Translations under genes and position numbers: made by a program
Notes under the pieces: model-generated
What the model saw: the letters and a program-made list of their open reading frames with translations, nothing else
Database searches by the model: none
Told to the model about the DNA's origin: nothing
Shown here: positions 48,595-57,723 of the stretch, piece by piece
Layout of the letters: each line of letters opens with the position of its first letter
How positions within the stretch are numbered: position 1 is the first letter of the stretch
Source of the DNA: Methylotenera sp.
GTDB lineage: Bacteria > Pseudomonadota > Gammaproteobacteria > Burkholderiales > Methylophilaceae
Direction of reading: 5' to 3'
DNA: 64,000 bases
Assembly: GCA_031417915.1 (NCBI GenBank)
Contig: JANOWN010000028.1
Location: 26,936-90,935 of the forward strand

Positions 48595-49386
48595 ATGCTA
48601 GCCCGTTCTGCCATATTTTTTCCGCTCGTTTTGGCAATTGCGCTGGCGGTAATTACATTTTGGATTAACTTAACTGTGGAGCAGCAAGGCCCTAAAATTG
48701 ATGGTAGCAATCGGCATGACCCAGATTACACAATGCATAATTTTGTCACCACACAAACCGATGTCACAGGAAAGCTACGCTACGTGTTAGCTGCGGCCGA
48801 GATGGTGCATTATCCAGATGACGACAGCACCGTGCTGCAGCGACCACGTTTTACGCAATACACCACGGATAAGCCTTATACGCAAATTGAGGGCTTGCGT
48901 GCCTATGTTTCTAGCGATGGCGAGGAAGTTGAGCTGGTGGATAACGTCAAAGTGGTGCGTCAAGCGTTTGAAGGTAAAGGTGAAATGCAAGTATTAACAG
49001 AAAAATTACTTATTTTACCCAATAAAGATTTGGTGAAAACCGATAGCCCAGTAGTGATTACACAGGCACCAAAAACGGTGATTCACGCCACTGGCATGGT
49101 ATATGACAAAAAGAATCGGACTATAAAATTGTTAAAAAGAGTAAAAGTGCATTATGAACGACCGACTGGTGTTGCCCCCAAAATCACCAAAACTAAGCCT
49201 ATTGCCACAAAACCTATTGTCACAAAACCTATCGCAAAACCTTTAAGTGCGGTTTCAGCTATTTCTGCCAAAAAAGAAATTGTTGCAAAGCCAAAAACTA
49301 ATGCTGCTATTAAGAAATCATCACCTAAGAAAAAATCGTTAAAAAAACGGAAAACTTTAAAAAAGGCTACACGGAGTAAAAAATGA
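48595..49386 (+). CDS. lptC: LPS export protein LptC with extra Lys-rich tail
   Basis: N-terminal TM, HDPDY, HYPDDD; position between kdsC and lptA. Confidence 0.9.
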   Translation: MLARSAIFFPLVLAIALAVITFWINLTVEQQGPKIDGSNRHDPDYTMHNFVTTQTDVTGKLRYVLAAAEMVHYPDDDSTVLQRPRFTQYTTDKPYTQIEGLRAYVSSDGEEVELVDNVKVVRQAFEGKGEMQVLTEKLLILPNKDLVKTDSPVVITQAPKTVIHATGMVYDKKNRTIKLLKRVKVHYERPTGVAPKITKTKPIATKPIVTKPIAKPLSAVSAISAKKEIVAKPKTNAAIKKSSPKKKSLKKRKTLKKATRSKK

Positions 49387-50012
49387 ATCATCTCATTCGC
49401 CTAAGCTTATTAATTATTGGCTTCTCAATCAGTTTGAATGCGTTTGCTGAAGCGGCCGACCGCGACAAGCCCATTGAGTTGGAAGCCGATACTGTGACCG
49501 TGAACGACGCAAAAAAGACCAGCACTTACTCTGGCACGGTTATTTTAACGCAAGGCACACTCATCATCCGCGCTGACAAACTGATTGTGCGCGAGGATAA
49601 AGAAGGCTTTCAGCACAGCACTTCGACTGGCAACCCGACCACTTTCAAACAAAAACGTGAAGGTAAAAACGAGTACATGGAAGGCAGCGCGCAACGTATT
49701 GAATACGATGGCCGCATGGATAAAGTGCAACTTTATACCAAGGCGTGGGTAAAACGTGGTGAAGATATTGTGCATGGTGATTATATTAGCTACGACGCCA
49801 ATGCCGAATACGCGGAAGTGATTGGTGGCACTAAAACTGACGGTAGCCCTGGTAGCGGCCGCGTAAAAGCCATAATTCAACCCAAAAACAAACCTGCGCA
49901 GCCTAAATCTGAAGTACCCCAATCTAATGCGCCAAGCTCAGCAAGCGCCGCACCTAGCGTTACCAAAAACCTACGATTTAGTAATAAGCTTGAATTGCAA
50001 ACTAACGAATAA
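49383..50012 (+). CDS. lptA: LPS transport periplasmic protein LptA
   Basis: ADRDKPIELEAD OstA domain; GRVKAIIQP. Confidence 0.93.
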   Translation: MNHLIRLSLLIIGFSISLNAFAEAADRDKPIELEADTVTVNDAKKTSTYSGTVILTQGTLIIRADKLIVREDKEGFQHSTSTGNPTTFKQKREGKNEYMEGSAQRIEYDGRMDKVQLYTKAWVKRGEDIVHGDYISYDANAEYAEVIGGTKTDGSPGSGRVKAIIQPKNKPAQPKSEVPQSNAPSSASAAPSVTKNLRFSNKLELQTNE

Positions 50013-50020
50013 TTTAAAAC

Positions 50021-50743
50021 ATGAGCGAACTCGTTGTAGAAAATCTACGTAAATCATACAAAACCCGCACTGTGGTGCAGGACATTTCGCTGCACATCAA
50101 TAGCGGCGAGGTGGTTGGTTTGCTCGGCCCGAATGGCGCTGGCAAAACTACCAGTTTTTATATGATGGTGGGTTTGGTGCCGTTGGATGCAGGGCGCATT
50201 TTACTTGATGGCCGAGATTTAAGCCGCTTGCCCATTCACAGCCGCGCGCGCTTGGGGTTGGCTTATCTGCCACAAGAAGCTTCAGTTTTTCGTAAACTCA
50301 CTGTGAGCGAAAATATACTCGCGGTACTCGAACTGCAAGATTTGAGCGAAGTAGAAATGCATAAGCAGCTAGAATCTTTATTGCAAGAATTGCACATTGT
50401 GCATATTCGCAATAGCGCGGCGGTAAGCCTTTCTGGCGGTGAACGACGCCGTGTAGAAATTGCGCGTTGCTTGGCCACAAACCCCAGTTTTATTTTGCTC
50501 GATGAGCCTTTTGCCGGCATCGACCCGATTGCCGTGTTAGATATTCAAAAAATTATTCGTTTTTTAAGCGCAAAAAATATTGGCGTACTCATCACCGACC
50601 ACAATGTACGCGAAACTTTAGGTATCTGCGATCGCGCCTACATTGTCAATGATGGCAGCGTGTTTGCATCGGGCAAACCTGCAGAAATTGTGAGTGACGA
50701 AGCAGTGCGCGAAGTGTATTTAGGTAAAGATTTCAGGTTGTAA
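50021..50743 (+). CDS. lptB: LPS export ABC ATPase
   Basis: [24 protein letters not shown] and TDHNVRETL motifs. Confidence 0.97.
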   Translation: MSELVVENLRKSYKTRTVVQDISLHINSGEVVGLLGPNGAGKTTSFYMMVGLVPLDAGRILLDGRDLSRLPIHSRARLGLAYLPQEASVFRKLTVSENILAVLELQDLSEVEMHKQLESLLQELHIVHIRNSAAVSLSGGERRRVEIARCLATNPSFILLDEPFAGIDPIAVLDIQKIIRFLSAKNIGVLITDHNVRETLGICDRAYIVNDGSVFASGKPAEIVSDEAVREVYLGKDFRL

Positions 50744-50748
50744 TTAGC

Positions 50749-52338
50749 ATGAAACAAAATTTACAATTACGCATTTCACAAAACTTAGCGCTCACACCGC
50801 AGTTACAGCAATCTATCCGTTTGTTGCAATTATCATCACTCGAGCTCAACCAAGAACTTGATGTGATTCTGCAAGAAAACCCCTTGCTAGAACTGGTGGA
50901 TGGCGATAATCCTGATGCGGATTTGGACGATGATATTGCGCTTCCAGAACTAGCAAATGATGCAGATAACGACCAAGTTGGCGCTGATGGTGAGTCTTCG
51001 CAAATGGATGGCGAAGATTTTGACGCTTTTAGTAATATTGATTATCAAGCCTTAGATTCCAAAGATAGTACCAACCCAACGCCGTCAACCGAAGAAGCGC
51101 CACAAGAAATCGCTAGTCAACAAGAGGATTTTTCTGCCACAGATTTTGATGAAGATTACGAAGAATACGGTAGCGCCAGCAATTGGGACGAAGGCAGCCG
51201 CCAAAATAATAGTGACGATGATGACGGCGATTACTCGCGCCAAGAAATCATTGCCGAAAGCCTGAGAGACCATTTGCTCAACCAACTCAAGCTGATGCCA
51301 TTTTCTGAACGTGATCAAAACTTAGTATTTTTGCTGATTGACAGTATTAATGAAGATGGTTACTTGGAGGAATCGCTAGAAGAACTAGCAGAATCGCTCC
51401 CTTTGGAGCTTGAAATAGAGCTTGTTGAGCTACAAACTGCCTTAAAACACATTCAAAACCTTGATCCGCCTGGCATTGGCGCGACCAACTTGCAAGAGTG
51501 CATTATGTTGCAACTGAATATATTGCCAAAAGAAACTGAATATTTAAGCGTTGCCAAATGCATTGTCAGCGAACATCTAGCCGTGCTTGCCAACAAAGAT
51601 TTTGCCAAGTTACGTAAGTTGCTGAATTGCGATGAAGCCACTCTAAAAGGCGCGCAAACACTCATTAAGCAACAGAACCCGCGCCCTGGCAGCGATTACG
51701 CGCAACTGAGTAAAGATCACTTTATTCAGCATGAAGTGCTGGTTAAAAAAGTAAAAGGTATTTGGATTGCCACTTTGAACGATGGCGTCGTGCCAAAATT
51801 GCGCATTAATCAGCTTTACGCAGACATTTTGAAGCGCAATCGAGAGAATTCTAACCAATATTTGCAAACGCAAATGCAAGAAGCCAAATGGATGATAAAG
51901 AATATTCAGCAACGCTTTTCGACCATTTTGCGCGTCAGCCAAGCGATTGTGGATAGACAACGTAACTTTTTTGAACATGGCGAAATTGCCATGCGGCCGC
52001 TGGTGTTGCGGGAGATTGCCGAAGAGCTTGAATTACATGAATCCACCATTTCACGTGTTACCACGCACAAATACATGCTCACGCCACGTGGCGTTTTTGA
52101 GCTGAAATACTTTTTTGGAAGCCATGTGGCGACTGATGCAGGCGGTGAATGCTCAGCCACCGCGATTCGCGCGCTGATTAAACAAATGGTGGCAGAAGAA
52201 AACATTAAAAAACCACTTTCTGACAATCAATTTAGCGAGGTTTTAGCCAAACAAGGCATTGTGGTGGCGCGTCGCACTATCGCCAAATATCGCGAATCAT
52301 TAAACATTCCACCGGCCAATTTAAGGAAATCGCTTTAA
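50749..52338 (+). CDS. rpoN: RNA polymerase sigma-54
   Basis: LTPQLQQSIRLLQL, HESTISR and RpoN box ARRTIAKYR. Confidence 0.97.
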   Translation: MKQNLQLRISQNLALTPQLQQSIRLLQLSSLELNQELDVILQENPLLELVDGDNPDADLDDDIALPELANDADNDQVGADGESSQMDGEDFDAFSNIDYQALDSKDSTNPTPSTEEAPQEIASQQEDFSATDFDEDYEEYGSASNWDEGSRQNNSDDDDGDYSRQEIIAESLRDHLLNQLKLMPFSERDQNLVFLLIDSINEDGYLEESLEELAESLPLELEIELVELQTALKHIQNLDPPGIGATNLQECIMLQLNILPKETEYLSVAKCIVSEHLAVLANKDFAKLRKLLNCDEATLKGAQTLIKQQNPRPGSDYAQLSKDHFIQHEVLVKKVKGIWIATLNDGVVPKLRINQLYADILKRNRENSNQYLQTQMQEAKWMIKNIQQRFSTILRVSQAIVDRQRNFFEHGEIAMRPLVLREIAEELELHESTISRVTTHKYMLTPRGVFELKYFFGSHVATDAGGECSATAIRALIKQMVAEENIKKPLSDNQFSEVLAKQGIVVARRTIAKYRESLNIPPANLRKSL

Positions 52339-52352
52339 GCTCAGCAGTCTTT

Positions 52353-52384
52353 AAATATCAAAATAGATAAATATCGAAATAGAT
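52353..52384. repeat. 16-bp tandem duplication
   Basis: AAATATCAAAATAGAT followed by AAATATCGAAATAGAT. Confidence 0.7.
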
Positions 52385-52411
52385 GTCACCGAACTAAAGC
52401 TTTCCAGTGCA

Positions 52412-52447
52412 GGCCTGCGAACCAATATTCATGCGGGTTGCAGGCAT
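52412..52447 (+). repeat. Intergenic AATATCCATGC-loop hairpin
   Basis: GGCCTGCGAACC-AATATTCATGC-GGGTTGCAGGCAT between rpoN and hpf. Confidence 0.85.
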
Positions 52448-52613
52448 GGTGTTTTTAATGATTTAGAAAACATTTAAATAATTTACACAAATAGCCCACT
52501 TGGCTAGTTGCGCGCAATTGCCAAAGGTGTACACTAAAATTGTTTAAAAGGTTTTAGTTGATCAACCGATTTGGGCAAAAAACCTTTTGAACAATTTCAA
52601 TAAGGAGCAAGTC

Positions 52614-52976
52614 ATGAATTTACAATTAACTGGGCACCACTTAGAAATTACTCCTGCCATGCGCGAATATGTGCAAAGCAAACTCGTTAGAATCCGCAAT
52701 CATTTTGATCATGTGATTGACGTGAAAGTTACCATGAGCGTAGAAAAACTCGCCCAAAAGGTAGAGGCTACGTTACACGTGCCAGGCAACGATTTACATG
52801 CCGAGTGCATTGACGAAAATATGTATAGCGCGATTGACATGTTGACGGATAAATTAAACCGCCAAGTGCTAAAACACAAAGAAAAACATGGCAGTCACAA
52901 CAAAACTAATGGTGCTGTGAAACATCAAAGCATAGAGCAGCATCAAAATATCGAGCTAGACCAATCTGTTAATTAA
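52614..52976 (+). CDS. hpf: Ribosome hibernation promoting factor
   Basis: LTGHHLEITPAMREYV and MYSAID-L-DKL-RQ motifs; AAGGAG RBS at 52602-52607. Confidence 0.93.
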   Translation: MNLQLTGHHLEITPAMREYVQSKLVRIRNHFDHVIDVKVTMSVEKLAQKVEATLHVPGNDLHAECIDENMYSAIDMLTDKLNRQVLKHKEKHGSHNKTNGAVKHQSIEQHQNIELDQSVN

Positions 52977-52985
52977 CTCTACTTT

Positions 52986-53951
52986 ATGGCTCAAATTAAT
53001 GTAGCCGAACTATTCAAGGAAACCCGCCTCAAGCTCAAACTCAACTGGGTTGCTGGGCTTGATGGCGGCTCTAACCAACTCAATTCCGAAAACGTCACCA
53101 AGCCTTCATTGGCGCTGATTGGTCACCTTAACTTTGTGCACCCCAACCGTGTGCAAGTGCTAGGCTGTGCCGAGATGGATTATTTACGTAGTTTAAGTAT
53201 CATCGCCATGCAGCAGGCGATTAGTAACTTATATTCGACAGATTTGGCCGCTGTGGTGGTCGCCAATGGCGAAAAGCCGCCTAAAGAATTAATTAACGCC
53301 GCCAACACGCACAACACGCCACTCTTAACATCACCCATGCAAAGCCCACAACTCATGGATTTACTCAGCCATTATTTGAAACAAGCGATGGCAGAAAGCA
53401 TCAGCTTGCATGGCGTTTTTATTGAGGTGCAGGGCTTTGGCGTGCTGATAAAAGGCGATGCCGCCATCGGTAAAAGTGAGCTGGCTTTAGAGTTAATCAC
53501 GCGAGGCCACCGCTTAATTGCCGATGATATTGTAGATTTTTATCGCATCTCGCCTGATCGTGTTGAAGGTCGCTGTCCTGCGCTATTGCAAGATTTTTTA
53601 GAGGTGCGTGGGCTGGGTATTTTGAATATCCGTGCCCTATTTGGCGATAACTCAGTTAAACCAACTAAGCCCTTAGATTTGATTATTCAGCTAGAATTAG
53701 CCAATATGCAAAAGCCGCTAGAGCTTGATAGACTTAACGCCAAAACACAGTATGAACGCGTGCTAGAGGTGGATATTAGTAAAGTGATTATTCCCATCGC
53801 GGCGGGGCGCAATATTTCAGTACTGGTAGAGGTGGCGGTGCGTAACCATATACTATTGCTGCGCGGTATTAATGCCACGCAGCAATTTAGCAAACGGCAA
53901 AAACAAATGATGCAAAAAGAAGTCAAAACTAAAGTTAGTAAGAAAGGTTAA
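52986..53951 (+). CDS. hprK: HPr(Ser) kinase/phosphatase
   Basis: LHGV, GDAAIGKSE, LIADD, EVRGLG and GRN motifs. Confidence 0.95.
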   Translation: MAQINVAELFKETRLKLKLNWVAGLDGGSNQLNSENVTKPSLALIGHLNFVHPNRVQVLGCAEMDYLRSLSIIAMQQAISNLYSTDLAAVVVANGEKPPKELINAANTHNTPLLTSPMQSPQLMDLLSHYLKQAMAESISLHGVFIEVQGFGVLIKGDAAIGKSELALELITRGHRLIADDIVDFYRISPDRVEGRCPALLQDFLEVRGLGILNIRALFGDNSVKPTKPLDLIIQLELANMQKPLELDRLNAKTQYERVLEVDISKVIIPIAAGRNISVLVEVAVRNHILLLRGINATQQFSKRQKQMMQKEVKTKVSKKG

Positions 53952-53954
53952 AAT

Positions 53955-54836
53955 TTGGAGCTGATCATCGTCACTGGCCTTTCTGGCTCTGGTAAAAGTA
54001 TTGCACTGCGCGTGCTGGAAGATAGTGGTTATTACTGTATCGATAATTTGCCTGCCACGCTGTTACCGCAAATTTCACATCATCTAGATGCGACTAATCC
54101 CAAAGAAACTCATATTGGCAAAGTTGCTATTAGTATCGATAGCCGTAGCGCGGCTCTGGAAGCGCTTCCCAATGCCATTGAAATGCTGAAATCTAGCGGC
54201 ATATTGGTTAAGGTATTATTTTTAGAATCTTCTGTCGAAACCTTGGTAAAGCGCTTTTCCGAAACACGGCGCAAACATCCACTCAGCAATGCTGACACCA
54301 CATTGGCCGAAAGCATCTCGTATGAGCGTGAGCTATTGGCGGGCATAACCGACCTTGGCCATCATATTGATACCAGCAATTTAAGCGCCAATACACTGCG
54401 AAATTACATTCTTGATTTTATTTCGCAAGCTGACAATCGCCATGCCAGCAGTGGCCTGGTTTTACTATTTACCTCGTTTGGCTTTAAAAATGGTTTGCCG
54501 CTAGATGCAGATTTTGTGTTTGATGTGCGTAGCTTGTCTAACCCGCATTACGACCCAATATTAAGGCCATTAACAGGCAAAGATTTGGCGGTGCAGACAT
54601 TTTTGGAAAAAGAACCTGAAGTCATTGAAATGCTAGCTGACATCCAGCATTATGTTGAAAAGTGGCTACCCAGCTTTAATGCAGACAATCGTAGCTATCT
54701 CACCGTCGCCATTGGCTGCACGGGGGGCCAACATAGGTCAGTATATTTTGTAGAGCAGCTTTATAGTTATTTTTCGGGTGCGTATTTTAAACAACAAAAA
54801 CAACAAGTGATAATAAGACACCGCGAGCTTAATTGA
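53955..54836 (+). CDS. rapZ: RNase adapter RapZ
   Basis: GLSGSGKS, YYCIDNLP, RRKHPL, SFGFK-G and IGCTGGQHRS motifs. Confidence 0.95.
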   Translation: MELIIVTGLSGSGKSIALRVLEDSGYYCIDNLPATLLPQISHHLDATNPKETHIGKVAISIDSRSAALEALPNAIEMLKSSGILVKVLFLESSVETLVKRFSETRRKHPLSNADTTLAESISYERELLAGITDLGHHIDTSNLSANTLRNYILDFISQADNRHASSGLVLLFTSFGFKNGLPLDADFVFDVRSLSNPHYDPILRPLTGKDLAVQTFLEKEPEVIEMLADIQHYVEKWLPSFNADNRSYLTVAIGCTGGQHRSVYFVEQLYSYFSGAYFKQQKQQVIIRHRELN

Positions 54837-54862
54837 ATGTTTATTGAGAAGGTAAAGGCAAC

Positions 54863-55282
54863 ATGATTGGAATTTTAATTATCGCGCACGGCAGTTTGGG
54901 CGAAAGTCTGATTCACTGCGTCAGCCATGTATTGGGCAAAGCGCCGCCGCAGTTGGCGCATTTTGCAGTGGGCACAGATGACGACCCTACCGATTTATTG
55001 CCGCATGCACAACAAATGGTGAAAAACCTAGATACTGGCGAAGGTGTGCTGATACTGTCTGATATGTATGGCGCTTCACCGTGTAATTTGGTGGTTAAAT
55101 TAATCTCGCCCAACCAAGTAGAAGGCATTGCAGGCGTGAATTTACCTATGTTGGTGCGGGTGCTTAATTACCGCGATAAGCCGATTAAAGCCTGCTTAGA
55201 AAAAGCCATTAGTGGCGGACGTGATGGCGTAGTGCACTTCACCAAGACTGGTTGTGACCATCATGACAAAAAACCTAACTAA
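54863..55282 (+). CDS. PTS EIIA, mannose/fructose-type (ManX-like, regulatory)
   Basis: ILIIAHG, LSDMYGASP and GVNLPML motifs. Confidence 0.9.
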   Translation: MIGILIIAHGSLGESLIHCVSHVLGKAPPQLAHFAVGTDDDPTDLLPHAQQMVKNLDTGEGVLILSDMYGASPCNLVVKLISPNQVEGIAGVNLPMLVRVLNYRDKPIKACLEKAISGGRDGVVHFTKTGCDHHDKKPN

Positions 55283-55302
55283 AGAATAACTTAAAACCAG
55301 CT

Positions 55303-55572
55303 ATGATTAAACAAGACATAGAGATTATCAACAAACTCGGCCTGCACGCACGCGCCAGCAGCAAACTCACGCAAACCGCTAGTCAGTTTTCTAGCGAAAT
55401 TTGGATAGAAAAAAACGGCCGCAAAGTCAACGCTAAAAGCATTATGGGCGTGATGATGCTGGCCGCGGCCATGGGCTCTAACATTACGCTAGAAACCAAT
55501 GGTGCAGACGAACAAGCTGCCATGGACGCGTTAAAAGCGCTGATTAACGATTATTTTGGCGAGGGTGAGTAG
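55303..55572 (+). CDS. ptsH: Phosphocarrier HPr/NPr
   Basis: NKLGLHARAS and NAKSIMG motifs. Confidence 0.93.
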   Translation: MIKQDIEIINKLGLHARASSKLTQTASQFSSEIWIEKNGRKVNAKSIMGVMMLAAAMGSNITLETNGADEQAAMDALKALINDYFGEGE

Positions 55573-57319
55573 CTTGTCTAGTTTTAGTATTCATGGCATT
55601 GGCGTCTCTAGCGGCATTGCCATTGGGCAAGCGCATTTAGTCTCGAACGCGCTGCTAGAAGTAGTGCATTACGTGCTGCCTGAAAATTTAGTTGAGGATG
55701 AAATTAAGCGCTTTAATGACGCCATTACCACCGTTAAAAAAGATTTAGAAGTTATCCGCAGTTCGCTTTCAAAAAGCGCCCCTGCAGAGCTAGCGGCTTT
55801 TATTAGTACGCATTTGAGCATGCTGGCCGACAAATCACTTTCAGAAGTGCCAAAAGAAATCATCCGCAAAGAACATTGCAACGCCGAGTGGGCGATTAAA
55901 CAGCAAATGGATGACATCGTTGAGCAGTTTGAGGCGATTGAAGACGAATACCTGCGCGAGCGTAAGCATGACGTTGTGCAAGTGGTGGAACGTGTAATAA
56001 AGGTGTTGCTGGGTCACCCTAGGCAGGCGCCCAACGTAAACAAAGAAAAGCAGCAGCAAGAAAATGCAATTATTTTAGTGGCGCATGACATCTCACCTGC
56101 CGATGCGATTCAATTTAAACAGCATCATTTTGCTGCTTTTATTACCGATGTTGGCGGCGTGACTTCGCACACAGCAATATTGGCACGTAGCCTGAACATC
56201 CCGTCGATAGTGGCTTTGCAGCGTGCGCGCGATTTAATCAACGATGGTGAATTGATTATTGTCGATGGCAGTTTGGGCGTCGTAATTGTGAATCCGTCCA
56301 AAGAAATTTTGGCCGAGTACAAACTGCGCCAAGATCAATGGTCGCTTGAGCAGCAAAAACTAAAACGCATCAAATCCACCAAAGCCGTCACCATGGATGG
56401 CACAGCCATTGAGCTCTACGCCAATATTGAGGTGCCAGAAGATGTGGACGCGGTTAAAGCCTCTGGCGCGACAGGCATTGGTTTGTATCGCACCGAGTTT
56501 TTGTTTATGAATAAGCGCGAAATGCCTGATGAAGAAGAACAATTTCAAGCTTACAAGCAAGTGGCAGAAGCTATGCATGGCCTGCCCGTCACCATCCGCA
56601 CACTGGATTTGGGTGCCGATAAACAAATGAACCCTGATTCAGTTTCGGATTGTGCAAACCCCGCGCTGGGGCTGCGTGCAGTTCGCTTGTGCTTATCGGA
56701 GCCGCAAATTTTCCATACGCAATTACGTGCTTTGTTACGGGCATCGCATTACGGCAATATTAAAATACTCATTCCCATGCTTTCTACTCTGGCTGAATTA
56801 CGCCAAACCAAATTATTGCTTGAACGCGCGAAATTAAGCTTGCGCAAACAAAATGTGCCGTTTAACGAAAATATCACGCTGGGCGGCATGATAGAAGTGC
56901 CCGCGGCAGCCATTAATGCCGAGGCGTTTGCCAAAGAGTTAGATTTTTTATCTATTGGCACCAACGACTTGATTCAATACACGCTGGCGATTGACCGCAC
57001 CGACGACGCGGTTGCGCACCTGTACAATCCGCTGCACCCATCGGTGCTAAAACTGATTTCGATTACCATTAAAGCGGGTGTGAAATTAGGTAAACCAGTC
57101 GCGGTTTGTGGTGAAATGGCGGGTGATGCGAAACTCACTAAACTATTGATTGGTATGGGTTTACGCCAACTTTCTATGCATCCTTCTAATTTGCTAAGTG
57201 TAAAACAACAGATATTGCATAGCCAAACCGCCAAGTTGATTAGCAATGCGCGTAAAGTGTTAAGCTACACCGATTTAGAAAAAATTGAACCTCTTGTTGC
57301 TAAATTTAATCAACATTAA
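55565..57319 (+). CDS. ptsI: PEP-protein phosphotransferase (Enzyme I)
   Basis: TSHTAILARS, GLYRTE, NPALGLRA, GTNDL-QY and CGEMAGD motifs; GTG start. Confidence 0.95.
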   Translation: MSSLSSFSIHGIGVSSGIAIGQAHLVSNALLEVVHYVLPENLVEDEIKRFNDAITTVKKDLEVIRSSLSKSAPAELAAFISTHLSMLADKSLSEVPKEIIRKEHCNAEWAIKQQMDDIVEQFEAIEDEYLRERKHDVVQVVERVIKVLLGHPRQAPNVNKEKQQQENAIILVAHDISPADAIQFKQHHFAAFITDVGGVTSHTAILARSLNIPSIVALQRARDLINDGELIIVDGSLGVVIVNPSKEILAEYKLRQDQWSLEQQKLKRIKSTKAVTMDGTAIELYANIEVPEDVDAVKASGATGIGLYRTEFLFMNKREMPDEEEQFQAYKQVAEAMHGLPVTIRTLDLGADKQMNPDSVSDCANPALGLRAVRLCLSEPQIFHTQLRALLRASHYGNIKILIPMLSTLAELRQTKLLLERAKLSLRKQNVPFNENITLGGMIEVPAAAINAEAFAKELDFLSIGTNDLIQYTLAIDRTDDAVAHLYNPLHPSVLKLISITIKAGVKLGKPVAVCGEMAGDAKLTKLLIGMGLRQLSMHPSNLLSVKQQILHSQTAKLISNARKVLSYTDLEKIEPLVAKFNQH

Positions 57320-57336
57320 CTAGAAAAGGAATCACC

Positions 57337-57678
57337 ATGTCCACAGAAATAACCGTCCCCAGCAGTGATGATAAAAACATCGCCACCGTCACCCATTTAG
57401 GCGGCACCGTATTTTCATTTATCCCTGGATTATTGGTGTGGATACTGAAAAAAGATGATAGCGCCTACATTGCAGACCAAGCCAAAGAAGCCTTGAATTT
57501 TCAAATTACCGTGCTGATTGCCCAGTTTATTGCGGGCGTGTTGGCCATTATTCTAATTGGATTTTTATTCATGGGCATTATTTGGCTACTCAACGTTGTT
57601 TTTTGCATTATCGCCGCCATCTCTACTAGTAAAGGCGAAACTTATCGCTATCCTTTTTGTTTGCGTTTAATAAATTAG
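57337..57678 (+). CDS. DUF4870 family membrane protein
   Basis: A-x2-HL, QAKEALNFQIT and G-x-YRYP motifs. Confidence 0.85.
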   Translation: MSTEITVPSSDDKNIATVTHLGGTVFSFIPGLLVWILKKDDSAYIADQAKEALNFQITVLIAQFIAGVLAIILIGFLFMGIIWLLNVVFCIIAAISTSKGETYRYPFCLRLIN

Positions 57679-57723
57679 TTGCCCAAGATTAGTTATAAGA
57701 TTAATTAACTAAAGAGAGATTTT

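Noticed and set aside
50880-51240. Long acidic low-complexity stretch in RpoN
   Set aside because: Region II of sigma54 is known to be acidic and variable in length.
52501-52516. Possible sigma54 promoter (GG-N10-GC) upstream of hpf
   Set aside because: The -12 element reads GCGCA rather than TTGCW; too weak to call.
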